Positions 51,702 through 62,324 are shown, counted from the stretch's first letter. The stretch: DNA of 64,000 nucleotides from Bdellovibrionota bacterium (GCA_963668355.1 OY764265.1:288111-352110), one strand, 5' to 3'. Made by a program: numbers and translations. Notes: generated by a model from the sequence alone, not told the origin.

Positions 51702-52516
51702 ATTCTCCCTTTGGATGGGTTACGGTTGATCTCAGCCAACCAGGTTTTGGCCTTTTGGGCCGCAATGCTTTGTGGATACAACTTTATCAATCGATCAAAG
51801 GATTCTTGAGCCTTTTTCGGACGAGACAACCGAAGATAACAGGATCCAGCCCTCAACAAGGCATCGGGAACCTTGTTCCCTTGAGGAAATTCTCGAACAA
51901 CGCGCTCAAATTGCTTAACGGCCGAAGCGTACTTCTTTTCTTGGAAATGGCCCTCACCAATCCAAAACACAGCGTTGTCTGCATATGGGTGTTCTTTGAA
52001 ATTTTTCACAAATTGGTTCAACGCTTCGTAGGCTTGAGGAAATTTTTTCGCCTCGTATTGAGCAAAAGCGCGATTGTATACTTCTGTCGCACGGGCATCG
52101 TCCTCTTCCTGAGAAGAGGAATGAGGCGTCGGCGTTTGAATGCTTTGATCGGCACGATCTAAATCTTGATTCGACAAATTTAGCGTAGGAAGCTTTTGAA
52201 CCGACTCCGGCTGGGCAATCAAAAATGGTTCCCGAGAATCTTTTCGAGGCAACGAGCGTCTCATCTTCTTGGGTTTGGAAATGTGTCGAGAAGAAACGGG
52301 GTGGTTCGTTTGTCGGTCTAAAGCCAACTTCATGGTTTCCAAGCGATCCTGCAAAACGGAAAGCGAACTGGAAAGTCCATCCACTTTCTCTTGCAAGGAA
52401 TACTGTTGTTTTTTGAGCTGATCATTCTCTTTCCGAATGTCTTTGATCTCTTGTTTGGAAGTCGCGCACGCTGCCAAACCACAGACCAAACCAGCCACCA
52501 TTAAAACGTGTTTCAT
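51698..52516 (-). CDS. Tol-Pal system protein YbgF/CpoB-like (coiled coil plus TPR)
   Basis: Signal peptide, N-terminal coiled coil and C-terminal TPR repeats. Confidence 0.65.
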   Translation of the reverse strand: MKHVLMVAGLVCGLAACATSKQEIKDIRKENDQLKKQQYSLQEKVDGLSSSLSVLQDRLETMKLALDRQTNHPVSSRHISKPKKMRRSLPRKDSREPFLIAQPESVQKLPTLNLSNQDLDRADQSIQTPTPHSSSQEEDDARATEVYNRAFAQYEAKKFPQAYEALNQFVKNFKEHPYADNAVFWIGEGHFQEKKYASAVKQFERVVREFPQGNKVPDALLRAGSCYLRLSRPKKAQESFDRLIKLYPQSIAAQKAKTWLAEINRNPSKGRM

Positions 52517-52574
52517 GAAAAACCCAAATTTCCCTTTAATTCAAACTGATTATATGTTTTCGAGTGTGAAAAGG

Positions 52575-53363
52575 TCAAGCTAACCAACCGACAAAGCCCA
52601 ATTGCCTGCCCGTCTTCTTCCCATCCCGGCGATAGGAGAAGAATTTCTCTTCATTTTCAAAGGTACATTGATTGGCTTGCCAGATTTGATGCGCGGGAAC
52701 CCCCGATTCTAGTGCACATCGGCGGTTGATCCCGCAGAGATCCAAAAAGGCAGAGGTTTCCCCTTCCCTCACTTCGTCCGCCTGCAGATTCTGCTGCTGG
52801 GCGAAAAGAGAAACGATTCCATGACCGACTTCAAATTTATTCAAGCCAATGGCCGGACCCAATGCCAAGAAAAGGCCGCTGGGGTGACACCCATACGTCT
52901 TGCTCAGCATCTCCAACGCTTCGGGAAGAACGCCTTCTAAAGTTCCGCGCCATCCCGCGTGCACAACTCCCAAAATTTTCTTCTCGGGTTCCACCACCAA
53001 AATCGGAACGCAGTCCGCCACTCGAACGGAGAGTAGAATCCCCTTTTCCCGCGTAATGAGAATGTCGGCGTCCTGACTACGAAGGCTCCAAGCATCATCC
53101 TGTGCGAGAATTTCCAGAGCCTCTATTCCATGGACTTGCCTGGTTCCGACGATTCGAGTGGGAGAAAGATCAAATTCCCTACCCAGACGAGCATAATTTT
53201 CGTCCACGAGGTCATCTTCATCTCCCGTGTTCCAACCGAAATTCAAGGAAGCATACGGAGAAGCACTCACACCCCCTTCACGCGTCGTGAATCCGTGACA
53301 CAGGTTTGGGATGTCTTTCAGAAGAGGCGAAGAAACAAATGAAAGAGCCACAACACCTACCAA
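52575..53363 (-). CDS. pgeF: PgeF/YfiH-family (laccase-domain) purine nucleoside phosphorylase / peptidoglycan editing factor
   Basis: DUF152 motifs (TRQVHG, VADCVPIL, HAGWRG). Confidence 0.8.
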   Translation of the reverse strand: MVGVVALSFVSSPLLKDIPNLCHGFTTREGGVSASPYASLNFGWNTGDEDDLVDENYARLGREFDLSPTRIVGTRQVHGIEALEILAQDDAWSLRSQDADILITREKGILLSVRVADCVPILVVEPEKKILGVVHAGWRGTLEGVLPEALEMLSKTYGCHPSGLFLALGPAIGLNKFEVGHGIVSLFAQQQNLQADEVREGETSAFLDLCGINRRCALESGVPAHQIWQANQCTFENEEKFFSYRRDGKKTGRQLGFVGWLA

Positions 53364-53629
53364 ATTTTGGTTTTGAGGTGACCTTTGGGTTTCAAAATCT
53401 TGTCAACAATGGCTCGGTCAAAATAATTCGTGTTGGCCAACAAACTAGGGTCGACCTTCGAATGATAATGCTTTCGACCTTCATCCAACTCTTTGGCCAA
53501 AATATCAAAGAAAGAATCATTCTCGATTCCCTCTTTGACTTTGTTTTCATTGTACAAAGAGATGTCTTGGGCAATGGTTCTAGCCAATCGTTTTGCAGCT
53601 TCTATATCTGTGATTAATGGTTGAGCCAT
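53357..53629 (-). CDS. hypothetical protein (90 aa)
   Basis: ORF co-directional with and overlapping the pgeF start by 7 nt. Confidence 0.4.
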   Translation of the reverse strand: MAQPLITDIEAAKRLARTIAQDISLYNENKVKEGIENDSFFDILAKELDEGRKHYHSKVDPSLLANTNYFDRAIVDKILKPKGHLKTKIW

Positions 53630-53659
53630 AGAGATGGTCCTATGATACGGGGGCTTTAA

Positions 53660-54268
53660 TTATTCCTCAAGTTCCACGTTCCAATAGGAGAAGTCCACGA
53701 TATTGAGGAACGGAAGCCATTCTCTGTAGCGAGGATGACGCAGGGACAAGTTCAGGCACTCCGTCCAGTGAGGTCGAATGGGTTTTCGCATGAGCTTCAT
53801 CCCAGCCTCTCTGGGGGTTCGTCCACCTTTCTTTCGATTACACGGCACACAACAACAAACCACATTTTCCCAGGTCGTTGCGCCCCCTTTGGTTCGAGGA
53901 ATCACATGGTCCAAATTCAATTCACTCTTGGAGAATTTCTTTTGGCAATATTGACAGGTGTTCTTGTCACGAGCGTAGATATTGAAACGACTGAAGCGGA
54001 CCTGTTTTTTGGGCATACGATCATACGTCTGCAACAAAATGACTCTTGGAATTCTAATCATCCGGCCAACCATTCCGATGGCCTCATCGCCATTGGCCAC
54101 CGACAATTCTGACCAGCTCACAAAATCGAACGTCTTGTACTGTTCATCAACAAACTTGGCCGCCCCTCGATACACCATGCAAAACGCACGTTTGACTGAA
54201 ATGACATGAATCGGGAGATAGACTTTATTGAGAACAAGGACTCTGGATTGTAACAATGAAGTGGTCAT
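53660..54268 (-). CDS. HNH endonuclease-family protein
   Basis: CQYCQKKF...LDHVIPRTKGGATTWENVVCCCVPCNRKKG is an HNH motif with zinc-binding cysteines. Confidence 0.8.
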   Translation of the reverse strand: MTTSLLQSRVLVLNKVYLPIHVISVKRAFCMVYRGAAKFVDEQYKTFDFVSWSELSVANGDEAIGMVGRMIRIPRVILLQTYDRMPKKQVRFSRFNIYARDKNTCQYCQKKFSKSELNLDHVIPRTKGGATTWENVVCCCVPCNRKKGGRTPREAGMKLMRKPIRPHWTECLNLSLRHPRYREWLPFLNIVDFSYWNVELEE

Positions 54269-55650
54269 ACGCCTTCCGACCTCAAATCCTTCAACGTTGA
54301 TTGGCTCACCTGAATCAAGTCCGGCATTTCCTCCGCGGAAACCGTCCGCATGTCCAATACTAACTGATTCTTCTGCATACGCGAAATAACGGGAGGGTGG
54401 CCCATTCGAAGCCGCGCGCTAAACGTTCGAAGTTCTTTTTCACTTCCAGAAAACACCACGCCAAAGGAAGGAAGAGTTTCTTCAGGAAGACTTCCGCCTC
54501 CAGTCTTGGATTCGGTTTCCGAAACCTGAAGCCGAAAGCCGTGGGACACCGGATCGACGTGTCGACAAAATTCTTCGGCTTGTTGTTTGAGCTCCGACAA
54601 GGGTCTCATCAGAAGCTTCGCTACTGTGGAGGGTTCTTCAGAAAGCAGCGCCGTTTCCAAAAGCGCCAAAGTAAACTTATCCACTCGAAGAATGCGCAAC
54701 CAAGGATCTTTCCGCATTCGATCAATCCAGCGTTTCTTCCCGAGAATGATGCCGGCTTGGGGTCCTCCGAGAAGTTTGTCTCCGCTAAACGTGATCAAAT
54801 CCACCCCGGTTTTGATCAGATCCTTTGCGAGAACATTTTGAGATCCCAGTACTGGAATGGCTTGAAGGGATGCGCTTCCCACATCAAACACAACGGGAAT
54901 CTTGTTCTTTTTTCCCAGGGAAACCAGTTCTTCCAAGGGGGTTTCTTCCACAAACCCCTCCATCCGATAGTTACTGGGGTGAACCTTCAAGATCACAGCC
55001 GTTTGTTCCCCAATCGCTTTTTCGAAATCAGAGCATCGGGTTCGATTCGTTGTCCCCACTTCCTTCAATCTTGCACCAGACGCTTCACAAATATCGGGAA
55101 CCCGAAAAGATCCCCCGATTTCCACCAACTCGCCTCTCGAAATCAAAACCTCTCTTTGGTGAGCCAGAGCATGCAACGACAACATCACCGCCGCAGCGTT
55201 GTTGTTTACAACCAAGGCATCTTCCGCTCCCGAAGCTACGGCCAAACTTTCGGCACAATGGGAATAGCGAGAGCCTCGCGTCCCTTGATCCAAATCGAAC
55301 TCCAAGTTTATGTAACCGCTTCCCAATTTCTGCAAAGGCTCCAACCATTTTGCATTCACAGGAGCCCGCCCCAAGTTGGTGTGCAAGACAACGCCGGTAG
55401 CATTCAACACGCGCCGTAAAGATCCCTCTTTCAGTCGATGAAGTTCCTTGGAGACCAAATCGGGCCAACTCTGAGTGGAGATCGATTCAAATTTAGGAGA
55501 ATTTCGAGCGGTTCGCAGAACCGAGCGAATTGCTTCGGTCACCAACCATCGGGGATGAAATTGACACAAGGAGGCCACTTCCGGATCATTCAGCAACACG
55601 CCAACAGCCGGAAGTTCGCTTCTAAAATCGCTTTTCGGCGGATGTCCCAA
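54265..55650 (-). CDS. selA: L-seryl-tRNA(Sec) selenium transferase
   Basis: 461 aa, SelA N-terminal region and PLP-fold core. ATGA overlap with the HNH gene. Confidence 0.8.
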   Translation of the reverse strand: MGHPPKSDFRSELPAVGVLLNDPEVASLCQFHPRWLVTEAIRSVLRTARNSPKFESISTQSWPDLVSKELHRLKEGSLRRVLNATGVVLHTNLGRAPVNAKWLEPLQKLGSGYINLEFDLDQGTRGSRYSHCAESLAVASGAEDALVVNNNAAAVMLSLHALAHQREVLISRGELVEIGGSFRVPDICEASGARLKEVGTTNRTRCSDFEKAIGEQTAVILKVHPSNYRMEGFVEETPLEELVSLGKKNKIPVVFDVGSASLQAIPVLGSQNVLAKDLIKTGVDLITFSGDKLLGGPQAGIILGKKRWIDRMRKDPWLRILRVDKFTLALLETALLSEEPSTVAKLLMRPLSELKQQAEEFCRHVDPVSHGFRLQVSETESKTGGGSLPEETLPSFGVVFSGSEKELRTFSARLRMGHPPVISRMQKNQLVLDMRTVSAEEMPDLIQVSQSTLKDLRSEGV

Positions 55651-56032
55651 TACTTCTATTGTAAGCCCATTTGCGCCAAAGCGAAAGGGAACGTTTTCTT
55701 AAATGGTTGTTTTTATGGGAAATTTAAAAAAATAACGGGGTTACTGCCCAGGGTTCAGTGCTCGGCGATCAATAAAACGTAAAACACTCTCTCTCAACTA
55801 CAACACCAACATCAGCTTAACTCAACGCACTGCTTCTAACTCTTGGTTTAGACCACGCTTAGAGCACTGAACACCTGGCATTAACCCCGTTACAAGCACT
55901 GTATGCCATATATGCTAGCGTATTGCAATATAATGTCAACATACTAACTAATTATTTTCGTGGAATTTTTTTTTTGCCTCTCCTATATTCCGGCCAACCA
56001 GAAACCTGATCCTTACGCGAGGCCCCATAAAA

Positions 56033-58105
56033 ATGCTGTCCAAAGCCCCCCAAATCCTGAAACAACTCAATGACTCAGTGCGTACAAGATTGATCGGCCT
56101 TCCTGAAAGCACGCCCTTTTCTCCCCCCGCTCGCCCTCATCTCCATAAAGCCGCACCGCCCTTAGAAACAGAACCGGTCGCTGAACTTTCGGCCGCGCTC
56201 AAGAAAACCCTTACCCACTTGCATACGCTGCAACATGAAGCGGGTTATTGGGAAGCCGCCGTGTTTGACAACCCCACCATTACTTCTGAGTACGTCATGT
56301 TTCTCCAATTCCTGGGAATTTTGGATGAAGACATTCGGCTCCGGGCCAAAAATTATTTATGGGAAACGCAAACCAATCGGGGAGGTTGGACCCTTTATCA
56401 CGGCGGACCCGAAGAACATTCAGCCACCATCGAGGCGTATTTCACACTGAAGCTCTGCGGGGTCGATCAAAATGATCCACGCATGATCCAAGCCAAAAAA
56501 CTGATTTTGGAAAAAGGAGGAATTGAAACCTCCCGCATCTTTACCAAAATCAACCTGGCCATGTTCGGAGAATATTCCTGGGAAAAAATTCCCTGCATCA
56601 GCCCCGAACTCATGCTCCAACCTCGAAAAACACCTTTTAATATTTATGAATTTTCCAGTTGGTCCCGAGCGGTCATTATTCCGCTCTTGATCATCTTTGA
56701 TCAAAAACCGACGGCTCCTTTGAAGGAAAACGAAAAACTTGGAGAGTTATGGGAGGGCTTGACCCAACCTTCGAGACGAAAGCAAATCCAAGAATTTCTT
56801 TTGGACAAGAAATGGAACCTCGAAAAGATCTTTCGACTCGTGCAAGCCGGTCTCTTCATCTACGAAAAAAGTCCCATCAAACCGCTTCGGCAAAAAGCCT
56901 TAAAAATGGCTGAGAAATGGATTTTGGAGCATCAAGATCCCAATGGAAATTGGGGCGGCATTTTTCCGGCCATGACCAACGCGCTGGTCGCCTTGAAACT
57001 TAGAGGATACCCTCTTTCGCATCCCCGAATGGTCAAAGGGTTAAGCATGTTACGATCCTTTGCAGACGAGACTGAATCAACCATTCGCGTTCAGTCGACA
57101 GTTTCTCCGGTATGGGACACCGCCATCACAACCTATGCCATGCAAGAAACCGGCGTTCCCCCAACCGATGTCCGAGTCCAAAAATCCGTACAATGGCTTT
57201 TGAATAAACAGATTACACAGGTTTTGGGAGACTGGAGATTTAAGGCTTCCTCCAATACACCTCCGGGAGGATGGCCCTTTGAACACGAGAATGACCAATA
57301 TCCCGATTTGGATGATACGGCCCTGACCATTCTGGCCCTACTTCCCTCCGAACAATTAAAAAAATCCGACACCCATTTAAGAAGCGCCATTGACCGCGGC
57401 ATTGAATGGATGCTCGGCATGCAAGGTTCAGATGGTGGATGGGGCGCTTTTGATCGAGACAATAACCGACAAATCATCAACCAAATTCCGTTTTCGGATT
57501 TAAAATCTTTATTGGACCCGAGCACCCCAGATGTCACGGCCCACGTCATGGAAGCCTTAGGCGCGGCTCATTTTGATCTCCAAAGCAAACCTATTCAAAA
57601 GGCGCTAAGATTTCTCCGCACCACCCAAGAAGAAAACGGTTCATGGTTTGGTCGATGGGGGGTCAATTATATTTATGGCACCGGTGCGGTCTTAAGTGCG
57701 CTTCATGTCCTAGGGGTCGACATGAACCAAGACTACATCCAAAAGTCCCGAAACTGGCTCCTTAGCCTTCAAAACGCAGACGGTGGATGGGGAGAATCAT
57801 GTGCCTCCTATGATGTGAACCACTACGTTCCCCTCGGCTATTCGACGGCCAGTCAAACAGCATGGGCCATTTTAGCCTTATTGGCTTGCCCACCCGAAGA
57901 TGCCACGCCTCTTGAAGAAGGGGTCCGATATCTTTTGAAAAATCAAACCGAAGATGGCGAATGGAAAGAGCCTGAGTGGACGGGAACCGGATTCCCCAAA
58001 CACTTTTACCTTCGGTACGACTATTACCGCCTGTATTTTCCTCTGCTTGCCTTGGGAAGATATGCGGAGACTCAGACCCACAAGCATTCGTCGCCAAGCA
58101 AATAA
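56033..58105 (+). CDS. shc: squalene-hopene cyclase
   Basis: 690 aa. DxDDTA motif (YPDLDDTALTIL) and multiple QW repeats. Confidence 0.9.
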   Translation: MLSKAPQILKQLNDSVRTRLIGLPESTPFSPPARPHLHKAAPPLETEPVAELSAALKKTLTHLHTLQHEAGYWEAAVFDNPTITSEYVMFLQFLGILDEDIRLRAKNYLWETQTNRGGWTLYHGGPEEHSATIEAYFTLKLCGVDQNDPRMIQAKKLILEKGGIETSRIFTKINLAMFGEYSWEKIPCISPELMLQPRKTPFNIYEFSSWSRAVIIPLLIIFDQKPTAPLKENEKLGELWEGLTQPSRRKQIQEFLLDKKWNLEKIFRLVQAGLFIYEKSPIKPLRQKALKMAEKWILEHQDPNGNWGGIFPAMTNALVALKLRGYPLSHPRMVKGLSMLRSFADETESTIRVQSTVSPVWDTAITTYAMQETGVPPTDVRVQKSVQWLLNKQITQVLGDWRFKASSNTPPGGWPFEHENDQYPDLDDTALTILALLPSEQLKKSDTHLRSAIDRGIEWMLGMQGSDGGWGAFDRDNNRQIINQIPFSDLKSLLDPSTPDVTAHVMEALGAAHFDLQSKPIQKALRFLRTTQEENGSWFGRWGVNYIYGTGAVLSALHVLGVDMNQDYIQKSRNWLLSLQNADGGWGESCASYDVNHYVPLGYSTASQTAWAILALLACPPEDATPLEEGVRYLLKNQTEDGEWKEPEWTGTGFPKHFYLRYDYYRLYFPLLALGRYAETQTHKHSSPSK

Positions 58106-58149
58106 ACCGTTTCCTTCAACTGGAACGCGCGCTAAGTTAGCGGTTACTC

Positions 58150-58818
58150 ATGAGGCCGTCTTCAGAGAAAAGAAAGTTTGGACGCATTCAACATGTCTTC
58201 TCGGTGTCCGTTGAATTTCAAAACCAAACCTTCGAAGCTGAACTTCAAAGCCTTTCCAAGGAAGGCGCATCTCTCACGTCCATCCATCTTCCCGTTTCGC
58301 TTCACGACCAAGTCAAACTAGGCATTGAGCACTCCTCGAACCCAAACATCGAGCTTCAAGCCAAAATCATTTGGGTCAAAGAAGAAGAACAACCTCCCGT
58401 GTTTGGCGTGAAATTTGAGTCCCCCTCTTCGAGTCAGGAAGGGAAAATTCTTTCCTTGATGAAAGATTTCTTGAACGACTCTCCCCGAGGGGGGAGAAGA
58501 CATCCTCGAATCTCACGAAGAGTACCTGCGCGTTTTAGTGAAGAAGAAGAACTCAAAGCCATGTTGGAAAACATTTCTTTGGGAGGGCTTGCACTCATTG
58601 TGGAAACTCCGTTGCAACCTCAAGATCAGATCGAAGTTGAAATCTTTCCCTCACCGAGCTCTCCGCCTTTGATCGTCGGCGGTCGCGTGGTCTACTGCAC
58701 ATCCGTCAAACAAACGGGAAGATCTGCCTACCGTGTCGGCGTGGAATTCAAGGAACTTACAGAAAAAACGCTCTCAGAAATCCAACAACTTATGGATCGT
58801 TTAATGGAACTTACTTAG
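58150..58818 (+). CDS. tandem PilZ-domain protein
   Basis: Two PilZ-like modules with RxxxR (RKFGR, RRHPR) and (D/N)xSxxG-like (NISLGG) motifs. Confidence 0.6.
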   Translation: MRPSSEKRKFGRIQHVFSVSVEFQNQTFEAELQSLSKEGASLTSIHLPVSLHDQVKLGIEHSSNPNIELQAKIIWVKEEEQPPVFGVKFESPSSSQEGKILSLMKDFLNDSPRGGRRHPRISRRVPARFSEEEELKAMLENISLGGLALIVETPLQPQDQIEVEIFPSPSSPPLIVGGRVVYCTSVKQTGRSAYRVGVEFKELTEKTLSEIQQLMDRLMELT

Positions 58819-59740
58819 GCGGAAACTCTTTGTTCAGCCAGGTCTTGGCCAAGGCATATAAATTAGGTCGTTGGTTCTTTTCTAACTCTTTCATTAAACC
58901 GTCATCGCCTCGACAGGCTTTCATCATATGGGTGTTCACACGCGCCTCCATCACTTCCGCCAATTCGTGGAAATTTCTTCGAAAGCGCTCAGTAGGGGGA
59001 AGACCTTTTTCCCGAATATTTTCTTGATGACGCTCGATGCCTTCCCAAAGTTCTTCCACGCCCACGCCTTTCACGGCTTCCATCATGACAATGGGCGGTT
59101 TCCACGTCAGTTCTCGAGGTGAAAGCATCAAAGAGGTCTCGATTTCGCGAGCAATCAAGTCTGCTCCAGGTCGATCTTTTTTATTCACCACATACACATG
59201 CGCAATTTCTAAAATACCTGCTTTCAACGTCTGAATGGCATCCCCGGCTTCCGGAACCAGGACCACCACAGTAGTATCTGCAATGTCTGCAACTGCCACC
59301 TCACTCTGTCCTGCCCCCACCGTTTCCAAGAGGATGACATCAATTCCAAAGGCATCCAGCAATTGTACCAACGCTCGTGTCGAGAATGAAAGCCCTCCAC
59401 TCCTTCCACGACTGCCCACACTACGAATATAGACGTCCTTGTCTTCGCTATGCCGTTGCATTCGAACACGATCACCCAAAACCGCCCCGCCCGTAAATGG
59501 GCTGGAGGGATCGACGGCCACAACCCCAACGGTTTTCCCTTGTTTGCGAATCCACGTGATCAACTGATCAATCATCGTGCTTTTCCCGGCACCGGCTGGT
59601 CCTGTCACTCCGACCGTCAAAGCTCTGCCCGTATAGGGCCAAATCTCCGCCAGCAACTCGAAAGACTCTTCGCTTTTTTCTTCCACCAAACTCAAGAGAC
59701 GAGCAAGGGCACGCCGGTCTCCTTTCCTCATTCTCTCGAC
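58811..59740 (-). CDS. meaB: MeaB/ArgK-family GTPase (methylmalonyl-CoA mutase-associated)
   Basis: P-loop GVTGPAGAGKST and the MeaB family architecture. The start is probably internal to the ORF-track model. Confidence 0.8.
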   Translation of the reverse strand, partial: VERMRKGDRRALARLLSLVEEKSEESFELLAEIWPYTGRALTVGVTGPAGAGKSTMIDQLITWIRKQGKTVGVVAVDPSSPFTGGAVLGDRVRMQRHSEDKDVYIRSVGSRGRSGGLSFSTRALVQLLDAFGIDVILLETVGAGQSEVAVADIADTTVVVLVPEAGDAIQTLKAGILEIAHVYVVNKKDRPGADLIAREIETSLMLSPRELTWKPPIVMMEAVKGVGVEELWEGIERHQENIREKGLPPTERFRRNFHELAEVMEARVNTHMMKACRGDDGLMKELEKNQRPNLYALAKTWLNKEFPPK

Positions 59741-59748
59741 TAAGTCAC

Positions 59749-60417
59749 TCACAAATGGGCCGCCAAACAATGAAACATTTTCAAACCGTCTGTGTTTTCT
59801 AACAAACTCTCTGCACATCGATCAGGATGAGGCATGAGTCCCATCACATTTCCTTTCCGGTTTGTGATCCCGGCGATGCGGGAAACCGAACCATTAACAT
59901 TTTCTTTGTAGCGAAGCGCAACTTGATCTTGGTCTTCTAATTTCTTGCGCATGTCTTCGTCACAAACATATCGCCCTTCTGAATGAGCAATGGGCATCGT
60001 GAGTTCCTCACCGATTTCAAGTTGATCCAAAAAAATGGAACGATTGGACGCGACTTCGAGTTGAACATCTTCACATTGAAATTGAAGGCTTTCATTTTTG
60101 GTGAGAGCTCCTGGCAAAAACCCAGCCTCCACAAGAATTTGAAAGCCATTGCAGATGCCCAAGACCGGTTTTCCTTGGTCGATGAAGGAATGAAGACTTT
60201 CGACCGTGGGAGACAATTTAGCCAAGGCCCCAGCGCGAAGATAGTCGCCATAGGAAAAGCCTCCAGGGAGAAGAACCGCGTGATACGCATCGGGAACCCG
60301 CTCACCGTACCAATGAAAATGGGTGGAAAAGCCCATGGAGGTCTCGGCTGCATGAAAAACATCCCGATCACAGTTTGAACCCGGAAAAACCACAACGGCT
60401 ATTTTTGTTCCTGCCAT
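59749..60417 (-). CDS. purQ: phosphoribosylformylglycinamidine synthase subunit PurQ
   Basis: KIAVVVFPGSNCDRD and the class-I glutamine amidotransferase triad context. Confidence 0.9.
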   Translation of the reverse strand: MAGTKIAVVVFPGSNCDRDVFHAAETSMGFSTHFHWYGERVPDAYHAVLLPGGFSYGDYLRAGALAKLSPTVESLHSFIDQGKPVLGICNGFQILVEAGFLPGALTKNESLQFQCEDVQLEVASNRSIFLDQLEIGEELTMPIAHSEGRYVCDEDMRKKLEDQDQVALRYKENVNGSVSRIAGITNRKGNVMGLMPHPDRCAESLLENTDGLKMFHCLAAHL

Positions 60418-60454
60418 AAGGCTTGCCACAATAAGCAAATTTGACGAATATTCA

Positions 60455-61042
60455 ATGTGTATGAAGGTGATCGGCCTAACTGGGGGAATTGCTTGTGGAA
60501 AAACCTTGGCGACGAAGAGATTTCAAGCCAAAGAGATCCCTGTCATTGATACGGACCAAGTCGCACGGCAGCTACTCACTCATTCCAAAGAGATTCAAAA
60601 ACAAGTAAAGATGGCCTTTGGCACATGTGAACGAGCCGAACTCCGAAAACGCATTTTTAATGATTCGAATCAGCGAAAAAAACTGGAAACAATTCTTCAC
60701 CCTGAAATCCATCGGGTTGTGAAAGACCGGCTTGAGGACCTTCGGAAAACAAGCCCTTCCACGGATTTGGCCGTGGTCGTGGTTCCCCTTCTCTTCGAAG
60801 CCGGGTGGGAATCGCATTTTGACTCGATTCTTTCCATCATCTGCGGGGCCACAGAGCAAATCACACGATTGGTCGCGCGAGATGAAATCTCAAACGAATT
60901 GGCTCAAAAAATGGTCAGCGCCCAGCTTTCAAACTCCGAGAAAGCAAAACGCTCTGACTTTTCCTTGACCAATGATGGAGACATCCCTTCTTTCGAGAAA
61001 GCCGTGGATCACCTGATCCAAGAACTTCAGCAAAGTGCCTAG
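60455..61042 (+). CDS. coaE: dephospho-CoA kinase
   Basis: IGLTGGIACGKT P-loop, about 195 aa. Confidence 0.9.
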   Translation: MCMKVIGLTGGIACGKTLATKRFQAKEIPVIDTDQVARQLLTHSKEIQKQVKMAFGTCERAELRKRIFNDSNQRKKLETILHPEIHRVVKDRLEDLRKTSPSTDLAVVVVPLLFEAGWESHFDSILSIICGATEQITRLVARDEISNELAQKMVSAQLSNSEKAKRSDFSLTNDGDIPSFEKAVDHLIQELQQSA

Positions 61043-61048
61043 GAAGGA

Positions 61049-61429
61049 CTAGTGAACTTCTCGCTCTCCGGATTCGGTTTCCAAGCCATCCAGAAGCTGA
61101 AAATAACTAAAAATCATCGCATGTTGGACATCTCGACCCAATCCATTGATGAATTCTTTCTTTTCTTCAAACGAAGCCAACGAAAAGGTTCGGTTCAAAG
61201 CATCATTTACATCGTCCAAATGTTCTTCCAAGAGCTTTTTCAGTTCATCCGGATCCCTTTGAAAAGCCAACCGAATCGTTTGCGGGGCAAAAATTAAGTG
61301 ATTGCCCTTTCGACCTTCGTCCAGGAGAAAGTGAAACTTTGCAATTTCGTGCATGGTCGAGTCTAAATTGATTTTGGACAAAAATTCGCTCATCACGCCG
61401 GATAATAGGCACGTTCCCTGCCGCGTCAA
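61049..61429 (-). CDS. hypothetical protein
   Basis: ORF between accD and coaE; no family recognised. Confidence 0.4.
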   Translation of the reverse strand: MTRQGTCLLSGVMSEFLSKINLDSTMHEIAKFHFLLDEGRKGNHLIFAPQTIRLAFQRDPDELKKLLEEHLDDVNDALNRTFSLASFEEKKEFINGLGRDVQHAMIFSYFQLLDGLETESGEREVH

Positions 61430-61452
61430 GGGGGTAAAAAAAACGAATATAA

Positions 61453-62322
61453 TCAGGATGAACGGGGGCTGAATCGATGATCTGTCGCCATAGACAAGAT
61501 GCGATAAAGGGTCTCCTTCAATTCGGATCGGGGAACAATTCGATCAATCATTCCATGATCCAAAAGAAAGTCAGAGCGCTGAAACCCTTCCGGCAGCTCT
61601 TCCTTAATCGTTTGTTGAATTACGCGTGGTCCCGCAAATCCAATCAATGCATTGGGCTCAGCTAAAATAACGTCACCCAGCATGGCACAGGACGCAGCCA
61701 CGCCTCCCGTTGTAGGGTCAGTGAGGAAAGCAATGTAAGGGATTCCTTTTTTTCTCAATTGAGCCAGGGCTGCCGTAGATTTGGCCATCTGCATGAGAGA
61801 AAGGATTCCCTCTTGCATCCGAGCTCCGCCACTGGACGTGATCACAATGCAGGGCTTTTCCTCATGAAGGGCCAATTCAAACGTTCGGGTCAATTTTTCA
61901 CCCGCAACAGACCCCATGCTGCCGCCCATGTATTTGAACACAAAGGTTCCAACCACAATATCAAGATCGCGAATTCGACCCCGTCCAAAAATATAGGATT
62001 CCTTCTCTCCCCCCAATTTATCCATGGACTTGATTCGATCGCGGTACTTCTTTTGATCCCGAAATTCCAATGGGTCGGTCGGGGAGATATCCATGCTCAA
62101 TTCTTCAAACGACTCGGGTTCCAAAAAGATCTTCAGCCGATCTCGCGCATTCATCCGAAAGTGATGTTGACACTTTGGGCATACCGAAAGGTTTTTCACA
62201 ATATCTTCTTGAAAAACAATTTCGGTGCATTGCGGACACTTCGTCCACAGCCCTTCTTGAAAACCTTCTTTTTTCGCCGGAGATGAAATCTTCGGCGGCC
62301 TTAATTTATCAATCCATGACAT
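61453..62322 (-). CDS. accD: acetyl-CoA carboxylase carboxyltransferase subunit beta
   Basis: N-terminal C4 zinc finger (CPQC...CPKC) plus a carboxyltransferase domain. Confidence 0.9.
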   Translation of the reverse strand: MSWIDKLRPPKISSPAKKEGFQEGLWTKCPQCTEIVFQEDIVKNLSVCPKCQHHFRMNARDRLKIFLEPESFEELSMDISPTDPLEFRDQKKYRDRIKSMDKLGGEKESYIFGRGRIRDLDIVVGTFVFKYMGGSMGSVAGEKLTRTFELALHEEKPCIVITSSGGARMQEGILSLMQMAKSTAALAQLRKKGIPYIAFLTDPTTGGVAASCAMLGDVILAEPNALIGFAGPRVIQQTIKEELPEGFQRSDFLLDHGMIDRIVPRSELKETLYRILSMATDHRFSPRSS

Positions 62323-62324
62323 CG

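Noticed and set aside
54397-55419. 340-aa plus-strand ORF
   Set aside because: It is antisense to selA.
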